Shown piece after piece: positions 34,118 to 45,589 of a stretch of DNA of 64,000 nt (the first letter of the stretch is position 1; the number at the start of each line of letters is the position of its first letter). Below the pieces are notes generated by a model. It was given only the letters and a program-made list of their open reading frames with translations, made no database searches and was not told the origin of the DNA. Source of the stretch: Heteronotia binoei. Lineage: Eukaryota. The DNA is taken from contig NC_083223.1 in NCBI RefSeq assembly GCF_032191835.1, positions 259,160,001-259,224,000 of the forward strand, given 5' to 3'. Made by a program: the position numbers and the translations under genes.

Positions 34118-36271
34118 GTGAGTCTGGCGAGTCCCACAGGCTCATATTCCCTGGAGAAAGGATGCATGTGTAGTTTGTGGTGTACATTTCAGAGGGGATG
34201 GCAGCTGAGGGGAGAAAAACACTGAAACAGTTCAGTTGCACATATACTCCATTAAATAATAGTGATTTTGTTGGGGTTTTATTCAGTTTTTATCTTTCTT
34301 TTCTCTTCCATGGGGACCGAAAGCGACTTACATGGTTCTCTTCTCCATTTTCTCCTCATAACTCTTATGAGGTTGGGTAGGCTGCGTGTGTGTGGTGAGC
34401 TTCCATGGCAGAATAAGGATTTGAATTTGGATCTCTGAGATCCAACCACTACACCACATTGTCTAATGAATTTGTCAGTGGTGTGGATCATCTTCTGCCA
34501 ATAATAGCCAGTGACAGTGTTGTATTGACGTTTTTGCTGTTCCATCAGTTATGAACCACCATAAAGGCCTGGTTAAGTAGAAATTCTTGTTGGGAAAGTG
34601 ACTCACTGGCCTACAACCACTGCTATGGCTGTGATTAAAAAAACTAAACAAATCATGTCTCTCTCTCTCTCTCTCTCTCTCTCCACACATTTGGAAGAGC
34701 TGTTCTGATCTGTGTATTTCACATGTACTGTGAATCCAGTTTCACAACCTGGAATAAAACTGAGTAAAATTAAGCTTTCCCACAGCAGTAAACAATATGT
34801 TTCACAACCCACATTAAGAGCTTTTGTAAGCTGCCCAGCTCAGACGGTCAATTAGATGCCTTGGTGGCCATTGTAAGGGCAGAAAGGCAGGATATACATT
34901 TTGTAAACAAAGAAATATTTTCTATTTGAGACACTTTTCAATTTCTCCCCAAAGAGTATACAGAGTTAAGAGAAATCAAATGCCCAAACAGTATAATAAA
35001 TCTACAGTTAACAACCAGAACAACATATCCAAGAACATCTTTGTTCAACTGCCCTGAGACACTACAAAAGGGAAAGGTCTCACCTTCAGAAAAACAACAA
35101 AGCCATACAAATCTCCCACGAGAGAGGGCTACAAAACTCTGAAGCTGCAACAGAAAAGGTCTTGCTTCTCACAGAGGACAGCTTATTACATTTTTATCCT
35201 GCCATTCCTCAAAGAAATTCAGCGCAGAGTACAAGGCTTTCCTTTCCTCTGGTTTTTTAATTCTTCACAACGATCCTGTGGAGTAGTTTAGGCTGACAGA
35301 GTGCGACTGGGCTAGAGATAACCTCCGCCAAAGGTAAAATATTCAACCAGATCTCATTAGTAGATCTTAAAGCATTGCAGGGGAAGAGAGATACAGAAGA
35401 AATGATACCTATGCAGGTCAGGATCCAGACTGCTCCAGAGTCTTTATAGGTTAAAACCAACACATTTTATTCAGCACAGAAACAAATTAGCAAGGCAAGA
35501 CAAACGTCTTTTTAAAAAGGTGATAGCTTAGTTTAAGCAAGATTCTGTCAGAGAAGACAAACTTGACCTGTGTGACCTTGCGTGTAATTAATGTTTTTAG
35601 GTGATGTTCTGAATCATTTGTTGAAAACATTTGGACTTTTCCTGTTTCCAAAGACTCAAGACAGGTTACAATAAAGATAAAAGAACGCTCAATTAGAACG
35701 CCAAAGTTCAGAGATGTGGGCTTTCTGGGAAAATATGATCTGGAAAAACTAAATCAAATAGTTATTTGATTTAGCATAGTTATCTTGAACGTTTAGTAAG
35801 TCAGCTACAAATCCATAAGATATACAGAAACACTGTTGCACAATTTGGATAGCTCACAAAAAGAAGAAATTGAATTTATATTCCACCCTATACTCTGAAT
35901 CTCACAGTGGTCACAATCTCCTTTACCACCACCCCCAACAGACACCCTGTGAGGTAGGTGGGGCTGAGAGAGCTCTTACAGCAGCTGCCGTTTCAAGGAC
36001 GACTCCTACAAGAGCTATGGCTGACCCAAGGTCATTCCAACAGCTGTAAGCAGAGGAGTGGGGAATCAAACATGGTTCTCCCAAATAAGAGTCCACACAC
36101 TTAGCCGCTACACCAAACATGGCTAGGCAGCCCTGCCAGAAACACCTTCAAGTAATATCAAAGCAAATGGTTTGCTACAGCCTTCCAAATATGATACTTT
36201 ATTATCCATCACAGAACATCACCTAAAAACATTAATTACAACCTTGAAACAGCCAAACTTGCCTAATATAG

Positions 36272-37885
36272 TTTAAGCATACCAGGTCAAAAAAATTATA
36301 CGCTGCTTTCATCGATTTGAAGGGTGCTTTTGATTCAATAGATAGAGCCCAACTATGGATCAAGCTAGGTTACCTGGGAATGGACCCTCGTCTGCTGTTT
36401 CTCTTGAGGAAACTTCATTCTAATACCTTTTGCCAAGTGAAATTTTCTTCTAGTGGTGACTTGACTAGTAAAATCCCAGTGTTAAAGGGGGTTAAACAAG
36501 GTTGCGTGCTGGTCCCGCATCTTTTTAATTTATTTTTAACTGACCTGGCACAATTTTTGAACCCTATTAACGGTCATCCGCCTAAACTTGCAGGCCGAGC
36601 GGTCCTCTTATTACTTTATGCCGATGACACTACCATCCTCTCTTGTACAAGAGTGGGCCTGCAAAGGTATTTGAATGCCTTTTATGACTACTGTAATTGT
36701 AATTCACTTTCTATCAATTATGCCAAATCTAAAGTAGTTGTCTTTTCAAATTGCTGGCGCCCACAGAGATGGGTTATTGGCAACTCAACAGTTGAGCAAA
36801 CAAAAAATTTTAAATACTTGGGGATCACTTTTAATCACAAGTTAAGCTGGGTTTCACATCGTAACAACGCCGTCAACTTGGCTAAATGTTCAGCTGCTCA
36901 AATTAAACAGTTTTTCTTTGCAAGGGACAACCAGTTAGTTCCAGCAGCTATTAAAGTGTTCAAAGCCAAAACGCTTGCCCAAATTCTCTATGGTATCCCT
37001 ATATGGATCTCAGCTTTTACCAGGAAAGTGGAGGGCATTCAAGCCTCATTCTTTAGACAAATTCTTGGTTTGCCAAAATGTGTGTCCTACTTTGCTCTCT
37101 GCTCTGAAGTGGGTCAGTCTTTGGTGGAGACAAAAGCCTGGATTGCAGTGTTTAAATTCTGGCTCAAAATTCACTTTAGAACAGATCCTAGCCTTCTTGA
37201 TTGTATGAAAAGAGACCCATATATTTCATCCTGGACAGCAGTGCTTCTGTCCAAACTCAATCAATTGGGGTTAGAGGTAGATGATTTTTCTACCTCTGAT
37301 GAGTCATATATCTTCAGATGTATTAAATTGAGACTGTGGGAATCGGAGGAAACGAAATTACGACCAACTGACTTTTATATTTGCTCTCCAGCTTCCTTAG
37401 GTCTCTATGCTTTCTGTGGCAAAATGCCCAATTATCTATCAGACTTAACCACTCCAAGTCATCGCAGGGTATTTATGTTGGCTAGACTAAATGCGTTTCC
37501 CTCCAAAGTTTTACAAGGGAGATATCAGAGAGTCCCTTTAGCCGACAGACTTTGCTCCTGTGGAGCGAATACTCCTGACTCAATCCAGCATATATTGCTT
37601 GATTGTTCTTTTTAGCATAACTTCCGTAAAGATTTATTTGGCAAGCTTTCTTTTCCCCCAGATTTGTCTATTCTGCCACCCTGTTATTATTTATTGAGTG
37701 ATACTGAGGGGGTGGTTAGTGAGGCTGTGGCAAAATTTCTGGCTGACATCCTTAAATTTAATTCTGACCATGTTTGAATGCATCTATAAGCTCGGTTTCA
37801 TTTTGATTTTATCTCCAATGTTTAAATTTTTATATTCTGTGTATTTTTATCTGAATCTATTATGCCATTAAAGGTTTGGTATGGT
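36272..37885 (+). mobile_element. 5'-truncated non-LTR retrotransposon (RTE-X-like) with RT and C-terminal CCHC-type motif
   Basis: 432-aa ORF with AFDSIDR, GVKQGC, YADD and RLCSCG...HILLDC; frame continues past a single TAG at 37613-37615; (ggtat)n-like tail; clade assignment tentative. Confidence 0.8.
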
Positions 37886-38239
37886 AGTTTAAGCAGAGGC
37901 CCTGCTTTTAAGAAATAGGAAACTGGAAAAAATCAAGTATTTGTAGAAATTGTTCCGCCCCACATCCCTGCCAGAAACACCTCCAAGCAATATCAAAGCA
38001 AACGGTCCACTACAGCCTTCCAAATCTGATATTTTATTATCCATCACAGAATGTCCTCTGAAATTGGACTGGTTTGCATGCCCTGCATAAGACAGAAAGC
38101 TAAGGTGCCCTCCGCGCTTCTTCGGCAAACTATTCCACAGCCCAAGTCCTGCCACTGAGAATGTCCTTGTGAAGGTAGAAAGTGAGCAAACTGATTTAAC
38201 AGGCAGAAGAGCAAAAGGGTGGAATTCACTGCCACAGGA

Positions 38240-38428
38240 GGTGGTGGCGGTCACAAGCATAGCCACCTTCAAGAGGGGTTTAAATAAAAATATGGAGCAG
38301 AGGTCCATCAGTGGCTATTAGCCACAGTGTGTGTGTGTGTGTGTGTGTGTATAAATTGCCACTGTGTGACACAGAGTGTTGGACTGGATGGGCCATTGGC
38401 CTGATCTAACATGGCTTCTCTTATGTTA
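38240..38428 (+). mobile_element. CR1 3' fragment; other CR1 pieces ~17218-17315, 21593-21800, 22930-23130, 49215-49610, 49620-49825, 53725-54186
   Basis: ttcaagaggggtttaaataaa..atggagcagaggtccatcagtggcta...cttatgtt. Confidence 0.8.
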
Positions 38429-38679
38429 AAAGGAACAGATAACAGATGGGAGAATATTGGGAGATGTTGTTTGATAGGCATGGTTGGGGTGCGTCGTCTG
38501 GCTGTGAAAGGCTTCAAAAGAAAAAAACAAAAAACACCTTGAATTAAGCCCTAGCACCAAATAGGTAACCCATACAAATGTTGAAGCACAGATGTTACAT
38601 GTTCTGAGAACCTAACCCCAGAGAAAAGCTTGTGTGCCATGTGCCTTTCTTGACCATTCCAGAAAGGGAATTGTGTTAG

Positions 38680-38870
38680 TCTGCTGTTAACAAAATACAA
38701 CAGAACTCCAGAGGCACCTGGAAAACTCAGAACATTTATTTCAGCCTGGACTTTCGTGGGTCAGAGCTCGCTTCATCAGATGCACTTAAAGAAGTGAGCT
38801 CTGACTCGTGAAAGTTCATGCTGGAACAAACGTTCACATACTTTAAAGTGCCACTGGTCTTCTGTTTTAT
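38680..38870. mobile_element. Penelope-like element terminal-repeat remnant in inverted arrangement; similar remnants ~17730-17860, 20860-20960, 21430-21500, 40500-40600, 42440-42520, 53160-53290
   Basis: ctttcgtg..cagagctc.cttc.tcagat / aagaagtgagctctgactc.tgaaag, matching the recalled reptile Penelope terminal repeat. Confidence 0.6.
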
Positions 38871-39368
38871 CTCAACAACATTTTGTACCATTTGACGCTT
38901 CCGAGTCTTCTTCAAGAGCTGCCCCATGGAGAGTGAGCTGCTGTAGTCCAATATGGAGGTTACCGTGGCATATGACGGCATGGCTAGGCAGCTGAGTATA
39001 GATAGGTCATTGACTTATGAACAAGATGTAATTGAAAGAAGACACTCTTAGCAACAGTGCTAGTTTGTTTGTCAACAAAGCTGTTTCCAAGAGCCCCTTC
39101 ATGCTCTTAACTTGCTTTGGCAGCCACACTCAGGTAGGTTCTCTAGAGAGGCAGGTTCTCTAAGGGAAAACTGAACCCCTTCTAAGGCTGGTAAATCAAC
39201 CGTAGTTAAAGTACTTTTGCCTTCCTACCCAGCATCCCATGTCCTGTCTAGATCCAAATTCTGCTTGTTCATCCTAAGTCACCTGCCACTGGCTGAGGAC
39301 AATTAAAGATGCTGGAGGGGCTTAGATAAAGAAATAGAGAACTGGATGGCCCCTGGATCTGTTACAAC

Positions 39369-39545
39369 CAGAGGTTTTTTTGTAGCAGGAACTCCTTTGC
39401 ATTAGGCTACCCACCCCTGCTGTAGCCAATCCTCCAAGAGCTTACAGGGCTTAGTACAGGACCTGCTGTGAGCTCTTGGGAGGACTGGCTACATTGGGGG
39501 TGTGGCCTAATATGCAAATGCATTCCTGCTACAAAAAAAGCCCTG
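39369..39545. mobile_element. hAT MITE with CAGGGCTTTTTTT-type TIR; relatives 51083-51303 and 61717-61902
   Basis: Perfect 8-bp TSDs: GTTACAAC (39361/39546), GTCATACT (51075/51304), GAAACAAC (61709/61903). Confidence 0.9.
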
Positions 39546-40181
39546 GTTACAACCTCTCAGCCTAACCTACCTCATGAGATTGTTGTGGGGGCAAAGTGGA
39601 AGAGGGGAGAACAATGTGAAAACTTGCTTTGGCTCCCTGATCAGGAAAAGTGGGATACACAGAATGCAAATTTCAGTCTGGCTGCAATTAGGAATCAGCA
39701 TTTTGCCGTACTTTAAGTTTCTACATTATCCTCCAACACTGCATTACAGTAATCTAGCCTAGTTATTTTTGTGTGCCAAGGAGGGGTGTCAGACATCAAC
39801 TGTGCCTCTTTCATCATCCATCGGGGAGACTGAGGTTTTGGGTTTTTTGTTTAAAGAGGTGTGCATCTCTCACCTTAACAAAAAGAGAATTCCAACTCAT
39901 TTTTAAAAGACCACTGCAAAACTGTGACAGAAGGGGAAGTTGATGATGGCTCAGGTGTTAGCCAACAGGTGACCGCGCCAGTTTTTCACATGCTGACTTG
40001 ACCATACCAAAGGCTTGCAAACCACTTCTGTCAGAGTTTGCCCCGAGACAATTCCTACTTCGGTGATGCCTATAAACCCCACCACTTTTTTAAAAAAATA
40101 TTAATTCTGCCTTCAGCCTTAAAAATATATTGAAAAAAGAGAGATCCAAGTGGGCAGCCGTGTTGGTCTGAAGCAGTAAAA

Positions 40182-40372
40182 CAAAGCAGGAGTCAAGTAT
40201 CACCTTTAAGACCAACAAAGTTTTATTCAGAACGTAAGCTTTCGTGTGCTAAAAGCACACTTCTTCAGATGAGGGGTACCTGATCCCCTCGTCTGAAGAA
40301 GTGTGCACACGAAAGTTTACGTTCTGAATAAAACTTTGTTGGTCTTAAAGGCGCTACTTGACTCCTGCTTTG
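40182..40372. mobile_element. Penelope-like terminal repeat, head-to-head palindrome
   Basis: Arms 40182-40276 and 40285-40372 are reverse complements around an 8-nt loop. Confidence 0.7.
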
Positions 40373-40814
40373 AAAAAAGAGAATTCTCCTTCAAGAGGTA
40401 CCAGTTCAGCCACACACCCTGCGAACAGAAGGTGCAAGGAAGCAAAATAACAAAACAAATACAGTCCCCAGCTTAGCATATAATAGTGTTTGTTTGTGAG
40501 GGAACAATGTTGGAGTTCAGTGGCACCCCTAAGACCAACCAAGTTTTATCCCCAGTGTGAGCTTTCATGTGCCAAGCACACTTCCTCAGACAGCATGAAA
40601 TGGAAACAGAATCTTACGTATCTTTTATATCTTACATATAGTGGGTGGGTAGCAAATTAGTATACAGAATAACAATGTTTTTAACCGTTTAAAAGGATAA
40701 TATGCTTAATTATACGGCTGTCATTAGGTTTCTTAACTGTAAAGAGTAATAAATGGAGAGTCTGTTGTTGTGAGGGAGACACCACTTTTCTCTCATAGCT
40801 CGTTTCTCTTGTAG

Positions 40815-40937
40815 AAGCTGCCACGGCCCAAGAGCGCAGGGACTGCCTCACAGATGTTCCGAACATCAGGCTGGAAGGAGACCCTGCATTCCTGGTGGCG
40901 CCGAAGTTCCCCTGGACTTCCCAGAAGTCCTCCCTGA
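40815..40937 (+). CDS. BAD: BAD last coding exon ([14 protein letters not shown]...SWWRR...*)
   Basis: ttctcttgtag acceptor; [12 protein letters not shown] and SWW motifs; total CDS 450 nt = 149 aa + stop. Confidence 0.95.
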   Translation, partial: KLPRPKSAGTASQMFRTSGWKETLHSWWRRSSPGLPRSPP

Positions 40938-41249
40938 CCAAGATTTGCTGCTGTTTTCATGAACAAAAGAGGGGTGGGCAATAAGTTGGATCAATGTAGC
41001 ATGTTTTCTTATCCCAAAGTACCCAGGAAGGGTGGGGACCATTCCACAGCACCTCCCCACCCATTCCCCTGGGGGGGGGGGGTTCCTCTTTGCCTCACAT
41101 TATAGTATGACGTGTAACCATTTTACCGCCTGCCCCTTTTACAAGGAATCACAAGCATCCTCTCAACCCCCACTCCAAGTATTCCCCTCCCCCAAAAATG
41201 CAAAAAAACACTGTAGAGAAGAAACCCAGAATTGTTTTTTTTAAATATG

Positions 41250-41255
41250 AATAAA
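41250..41255 (+). terminator. Poly(A) signal AATAAA, probable BAD 3' end (second candidate ATTAAA at 41271-41276)
   Basis: Canonical hexamer ~310 nt after the BAD stop. Confidence 0.6.
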
Positions 41256-41267
41256 TTTGTAAAAGCC

Positions 41268-41273
41268 TTTATT
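41268..41273 (-). terminator. Poly(A) signal AATAAA (plus-strand TTTATT), probable AKR 3' end
   Basis: Canonical hexamer ~220 nt after the AKR stop on the minus strand. Confidence 0.6.
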
Positions 41274-41494
41274 AAAATGCTGTTATTTCTGGTGTATGGT
41301 ATGTTGACACCCATCGCTCAAGGAATTATAAATCCTTCCCCAGGAGCAATTTCCACTGAAGGCTGGCAACAAACTCACTACCAGCTCTGGGCTCCCAAAA
41401 GAAAAGATTTGAAAATTTTATATTCAAGGGGTCTTGAAAGACTTTGAATTCACATTCACAGCCTCCCTCTCCCTTCCCCCTCAACCCTGATCTC

Positions 41495-42359
41495 TTAGAC
41501 CACCCCACTGGGATCCCAACAGTAGTGTTTCCCACAATCCAGTGCTCTCAATTCCTCCATCTCAGTTTGGGTCAAGTTCCAGTTCCAGAGCTGGCTGTTC
41601 TCAGCCACACGGGTTGGGGATGCCGACTTGGGGATGACGCTCACGCCCTGCTGCACAGCCCAACGAAGCAAGACCTGAGCAGGGGTACGCCCTTGCCGTT
41701 CGGCGACCTTCACTACCTCCGGACACCTCACGAGCTGGCCGGTGCCCAGTGAAGAATAAGCCTGTACGTGGATACCCTTCTGGCGACAGAAATCCAGCAG
41801 CTCCGACTGGGCCAGTTCCGGGTGGAGCTCCACTTGAAGAACAGCCGGGGGCACGCGGCAACTTGCAAGCAGCTCCTGGAGGTGCCTGACGGTGTAATTG
41901 GAGACCCCAATGGCCCGGAGCTTTCCAGATTCATGGAGTCTCTCCAGAGCCCGCCAACTCTGTTGTCGACGTTCTCTGTTACCTTTATCTTCTTGAGGGC
42001 GGCCTTGCGTGCCTGGCCAATGGATGAGATAGAGGTCCAGGTAATCGCAGCCCAGTCCCTGCAAGCTATGGAGGCAGGCCGCCTCGGCGGGTCCCTCTCC
42101 ATGGTCTCTTGGACTCAGCTTGCTGGTCAGGAAGATATCCTTCCGGCTGAGACCGTAGTGTGGCAGGAGTTCACGTAGCGCATTCCCTATGGCTGCCTCA
42201 TTGCCGTAGACGGCAGCCGTGTCCACCAAACGGTAGCCGTTCTCCAAAGCAGCATTTAGGCTGAGGCGCACTGTCTCCTTGTCTTGCAGACGGAACGTGC
42301 CCAGCCCCAGGAGTGGCATGGGTGCTCCAGTATTCAACCATATTGTATGTTCTGGTGGC
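41495..42359 (-). CDS. Aldo-keto reductase (glyoxal reductase / YtbE-like), coding exon 2
   Basis: 865-nt exon after a gtgttccttctag acceptor; GLGTF, DTAAVYGNE, TSKL, DLYLIHWPG, IGVSNY, IPKS motifs; Asp-Tyr-Lys-His catalytic tetrad intact. Confidence 0.93.
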
Positions 42360-42889
42360 CTAGAAGGAACACAATTAGGTGGATTAGATTTCCTGCCCCT
42401 CTCTGGGAATGTCGTGCTCAGCAGGGTAAATATTTTGCCATTTCATTCAATGACAGCAGCTTTGACTCTCAAAGGCTGGTACCACGAAACCTGTGTTGGT
42501 CTCTTAAGGTGCGACTAGACTTGAATCGAACTGAGAAGCTGAAACGGAGGCCTCAGGCCCATCAGTCTCCTTTGCAATGAACACCTCTGAATTCGTTCCC
42601 AACTTTTACTTAGAACAGCTTAAAAGACAAGAATATGTATACAATTATATGAACATATGAAGCTGCCTTATATTGAATCAGACCCTCGGTCCATCAAAGT
42701 CAGTATTGGCTACTCAGACTGACAGTGGCTCTCCAGGGTCTCAAGCTGAGGTTTTCCATGCCTATTTGCCTGGACCCTTTTTAGTTGGAGATGCCGGGGA
42801 TTGAACCTGGGAGCTTCTGCTTACCAAGCAGATGCTCTACCACTGAGCCACCATCCCTCCCCTGAAAACAGATTTACTCACACCAAGCC

Positions 42890-44215
42890 TACTCACCCCA
42901 AGCTCAAATGTTTAAAATAATTTGGTCACTGAGATCCCTCACAACTAGAAGCTCAAACAGAGGAAATAATTTGGCTATTAGTTCTGAGGCGTTCATGAGC
43001 TTTTTCACGGATAAAGTCTTGTTGCTCCGCAATGACCTACCTGCCAATTTCGATACAGTGAATGAAATGGAGGCCCCTTGGCCGTCTTTGGGTTCAGTAT
43101 GTGACTCTTTCAACTTGCTCTCTTCTGCCGATGTTGACAGGGTCCTGGGAGATGTTAGACCTACCACTTGCTTACTAGACCCATGTCCCTCGTGGCTGGT
43201 TACAGCTGGTGATGTGAGGACCCAGGGCCATGAAGGAAATTATCAACCTGTCCCTAGGATGTTTCCAGAGGGCCTAAAGGAAGCAGTGGTTATACCACTC
43301 TTAAAGAAGCCATCGTTAGATCCTGTGGATCTGGCCAGTTACTGCTCAGTATCAAATCTATCATTTCTGGGAAAGGTAATTGAGAGAGCAGTAGCTGAGC
43401 AGCTCCAGGGCTTCCAGGAGGACACATCGGTGCCAGATCCATTCCAGTTGGGTTTCCACCCTGGTCACAGGACTGAGATTGTTCTGGTTGCTCTAATCAG
43501 ATGTCCTCCGAATGCGGCTGGATCAAGGCGGGTTGGCACTGCTGTTATTATTGGATCTCACAGCAGCGTTTGATACAGCCAACTATGATCTGTTGACTCA
43601 CTGCCTTGATGACATGGGAATACGTGGCTTAGCCTTAAAATGGCTCTCCTCTTTCTCCACGGATGAGGACAAAGGGTGGCGCAAGGAGAGGATGTGTCCT
43701 CATGACACCCCCTGGTTTGTTGGGTTCCTCAAGGGGCACTCCTCTCCCCTTGCCCAGCTGGTATGGAGTTTTGGGCTAGGGTGTCATCACTATGCAGATG
43801 ACACTCTGCTGTATTTGCTGTTTGGTGACGGATCAACCTCAATCCCGTCATCCTTGGCTGTGGGTTTGGAGGCCGTGGTGGGCTCACTGAAGCAGAGTAG
43901 ATTGAAACTGAACCACTCAAAGATGGAGGTTCTGTGGCTGGGGGGACCAGGGTTGGAGCTGGAGTGTGGGTTTCCTGCTCTTGATGGGGCACCCTCAACA
44001 CCGGCACCAACAGTCAAGAGCTTGGGAGCGACCTTGGATGCCTCTCTTCCAGTGGAGGCCCAGGTCACACATATTGCTAAAACTGCATTCTTCCACCTAC
44101 GCCAAGTCAGGCAACTAGCTCGCCTCCTGTGTCGTTCAGACCTAGCCACGGTAATCCATGCAGTGGTCACCTCCAGGCTAGATTACTGTAATTCACTCTA
44201 CGCTGGCCTACACTT
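42890..44215 (+). mobile_element. L2-clade LINE internal fragment, frameshifted
   Basis: PTTCLLDPCPSW, VIPLLKKPSLDP, LLLDLTAAFDT, HYADDTLLY, TSRLDYCNSLY. Confidence 0.9.
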
Positions 44216-45589
44216 TTACCTGGAAACTAGGGTAGCCAATCCCCAGGTAGGGGCAGAGGATCCCCCTGTTTGGAGGTCCTTCCCCCACTTCAGGGTCATC
44301 AGAAAGCGAGGGGGGAGCGTAGTGTCTGCTGGACACGCCATTATTCCCTATGGAGACCGATTCCCATAGGGTAAAATGGAAAATTCATCCACGGCTATCT
44401 GGGGCTCTGCAGGAGCTGTGTTTTGGGATAGAGACATCCAGTGAGAGAGCCAGTTTGGTGTAGTGGTTAAGTGTGTGGACTCTTATCTGGGAGAACTGGG
44501 TTTGATTCCCCACTCCTCCACTTGCACCTGCTAGCATGGCCTTGAGTCAGCCATAGCTCTGGCAGAGGTTGTCCTTGAAAGGGCAGCTGCTGCAATAGCC
44601 CTCTGCAGACCCACCCACCTCACAGGGTGTCTGTTGTGGGGGAGGAAGGTAAAGGAGATTGTGAGCCGCTCTGAGACTCTTCGGAGTGGAGGGCGGGATA
44701 TAAATCCAATATCTTCTTCTTCTTCTTCAGTGCCTCTCCCCAAAATACCCACCAAGTTTCAAAAGGATTAGACTAGGGGGTCCAATTCTATGAGACTCAA
44801 AAGAAGGTGCCCCAATCCTTCACTATTTCTAATGAATGGAAGGCATTTGAAACATGTGCAGTCCCCTTTAAATGTGATGGCCAGAACTCCTTTTGGAGTT
44901 CAATCATGCTTGTCACACCCTTGGTCCTGGCTCCACCCCCAATGCCTTCCGACTGCACCCCCAAAGTCCCCAGATATTTCTTGAATTTGACTTGGCAACC
45001 CTAATTAATCCTGTTATAAGATGACCAAGGAAAACCTGTATTCTAGCATCGCAAAAGAAAGGGTGAAAGAAGACCGTGAAACACAAGATTGCTGCAGAGA
45101 TTTTCAGCAGAATGGGAGCTGTGGGCTCCGTGTTGAGAAATCACCACAGGGGCCAATTTTGGATTGGTAACACCATGAAAAGGGAGAATGAGCTTCATCT
45201 TTCTCCCTTACCCCTTTTTTGAGCCCAAAGAGCCACAGCCAGCAAAACTCACAGAACTGGGTGGGGTGAGCATTCACTGACATGATACATGATGATCCAT
45301 GTTTCTACCAAAGTTTCTTTATAAAGTTGGGTGTCAAAAAATGGTGTTTTTGTGCCATAGTTTGTGGACCCTGCTGTGAAATGTGATTCGATGTTGCGTT
45401 TCAGAGGATCCAATGATAAGTTTGAATCTGTGAGAGAGCTGAACTTTAGATATCTGATTTCGTAACATGGTGGTGTGGAAATGATTGAGTAAATTTCCAT
45501 GCCAGAAAAAGTGGCCAGCAATGTGATAGGCAAGTAGATGTTGAGTTTGTGGTGCTCACACACAAAGTTTCGAAAATTCATTCTTTGAC

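Noticed and set aside
39936-40002. Possible C/D-box snoRNA (TGATGA...CTGA with a short aag/ctt stem)
   Set aside because: The box spacing is short, there are no clear C'/D' boxes and I recognise no rRNA-complementary guide; the motifs are expected by chance.
41495-42337. Bacterial contamination or recent horizontal transfer of the AKR
   Set aside because: It has a phase-matched spliceosomal intron, a CpG-island promoter and a poly(A) signal, and is embedded among vertebrate repeats.
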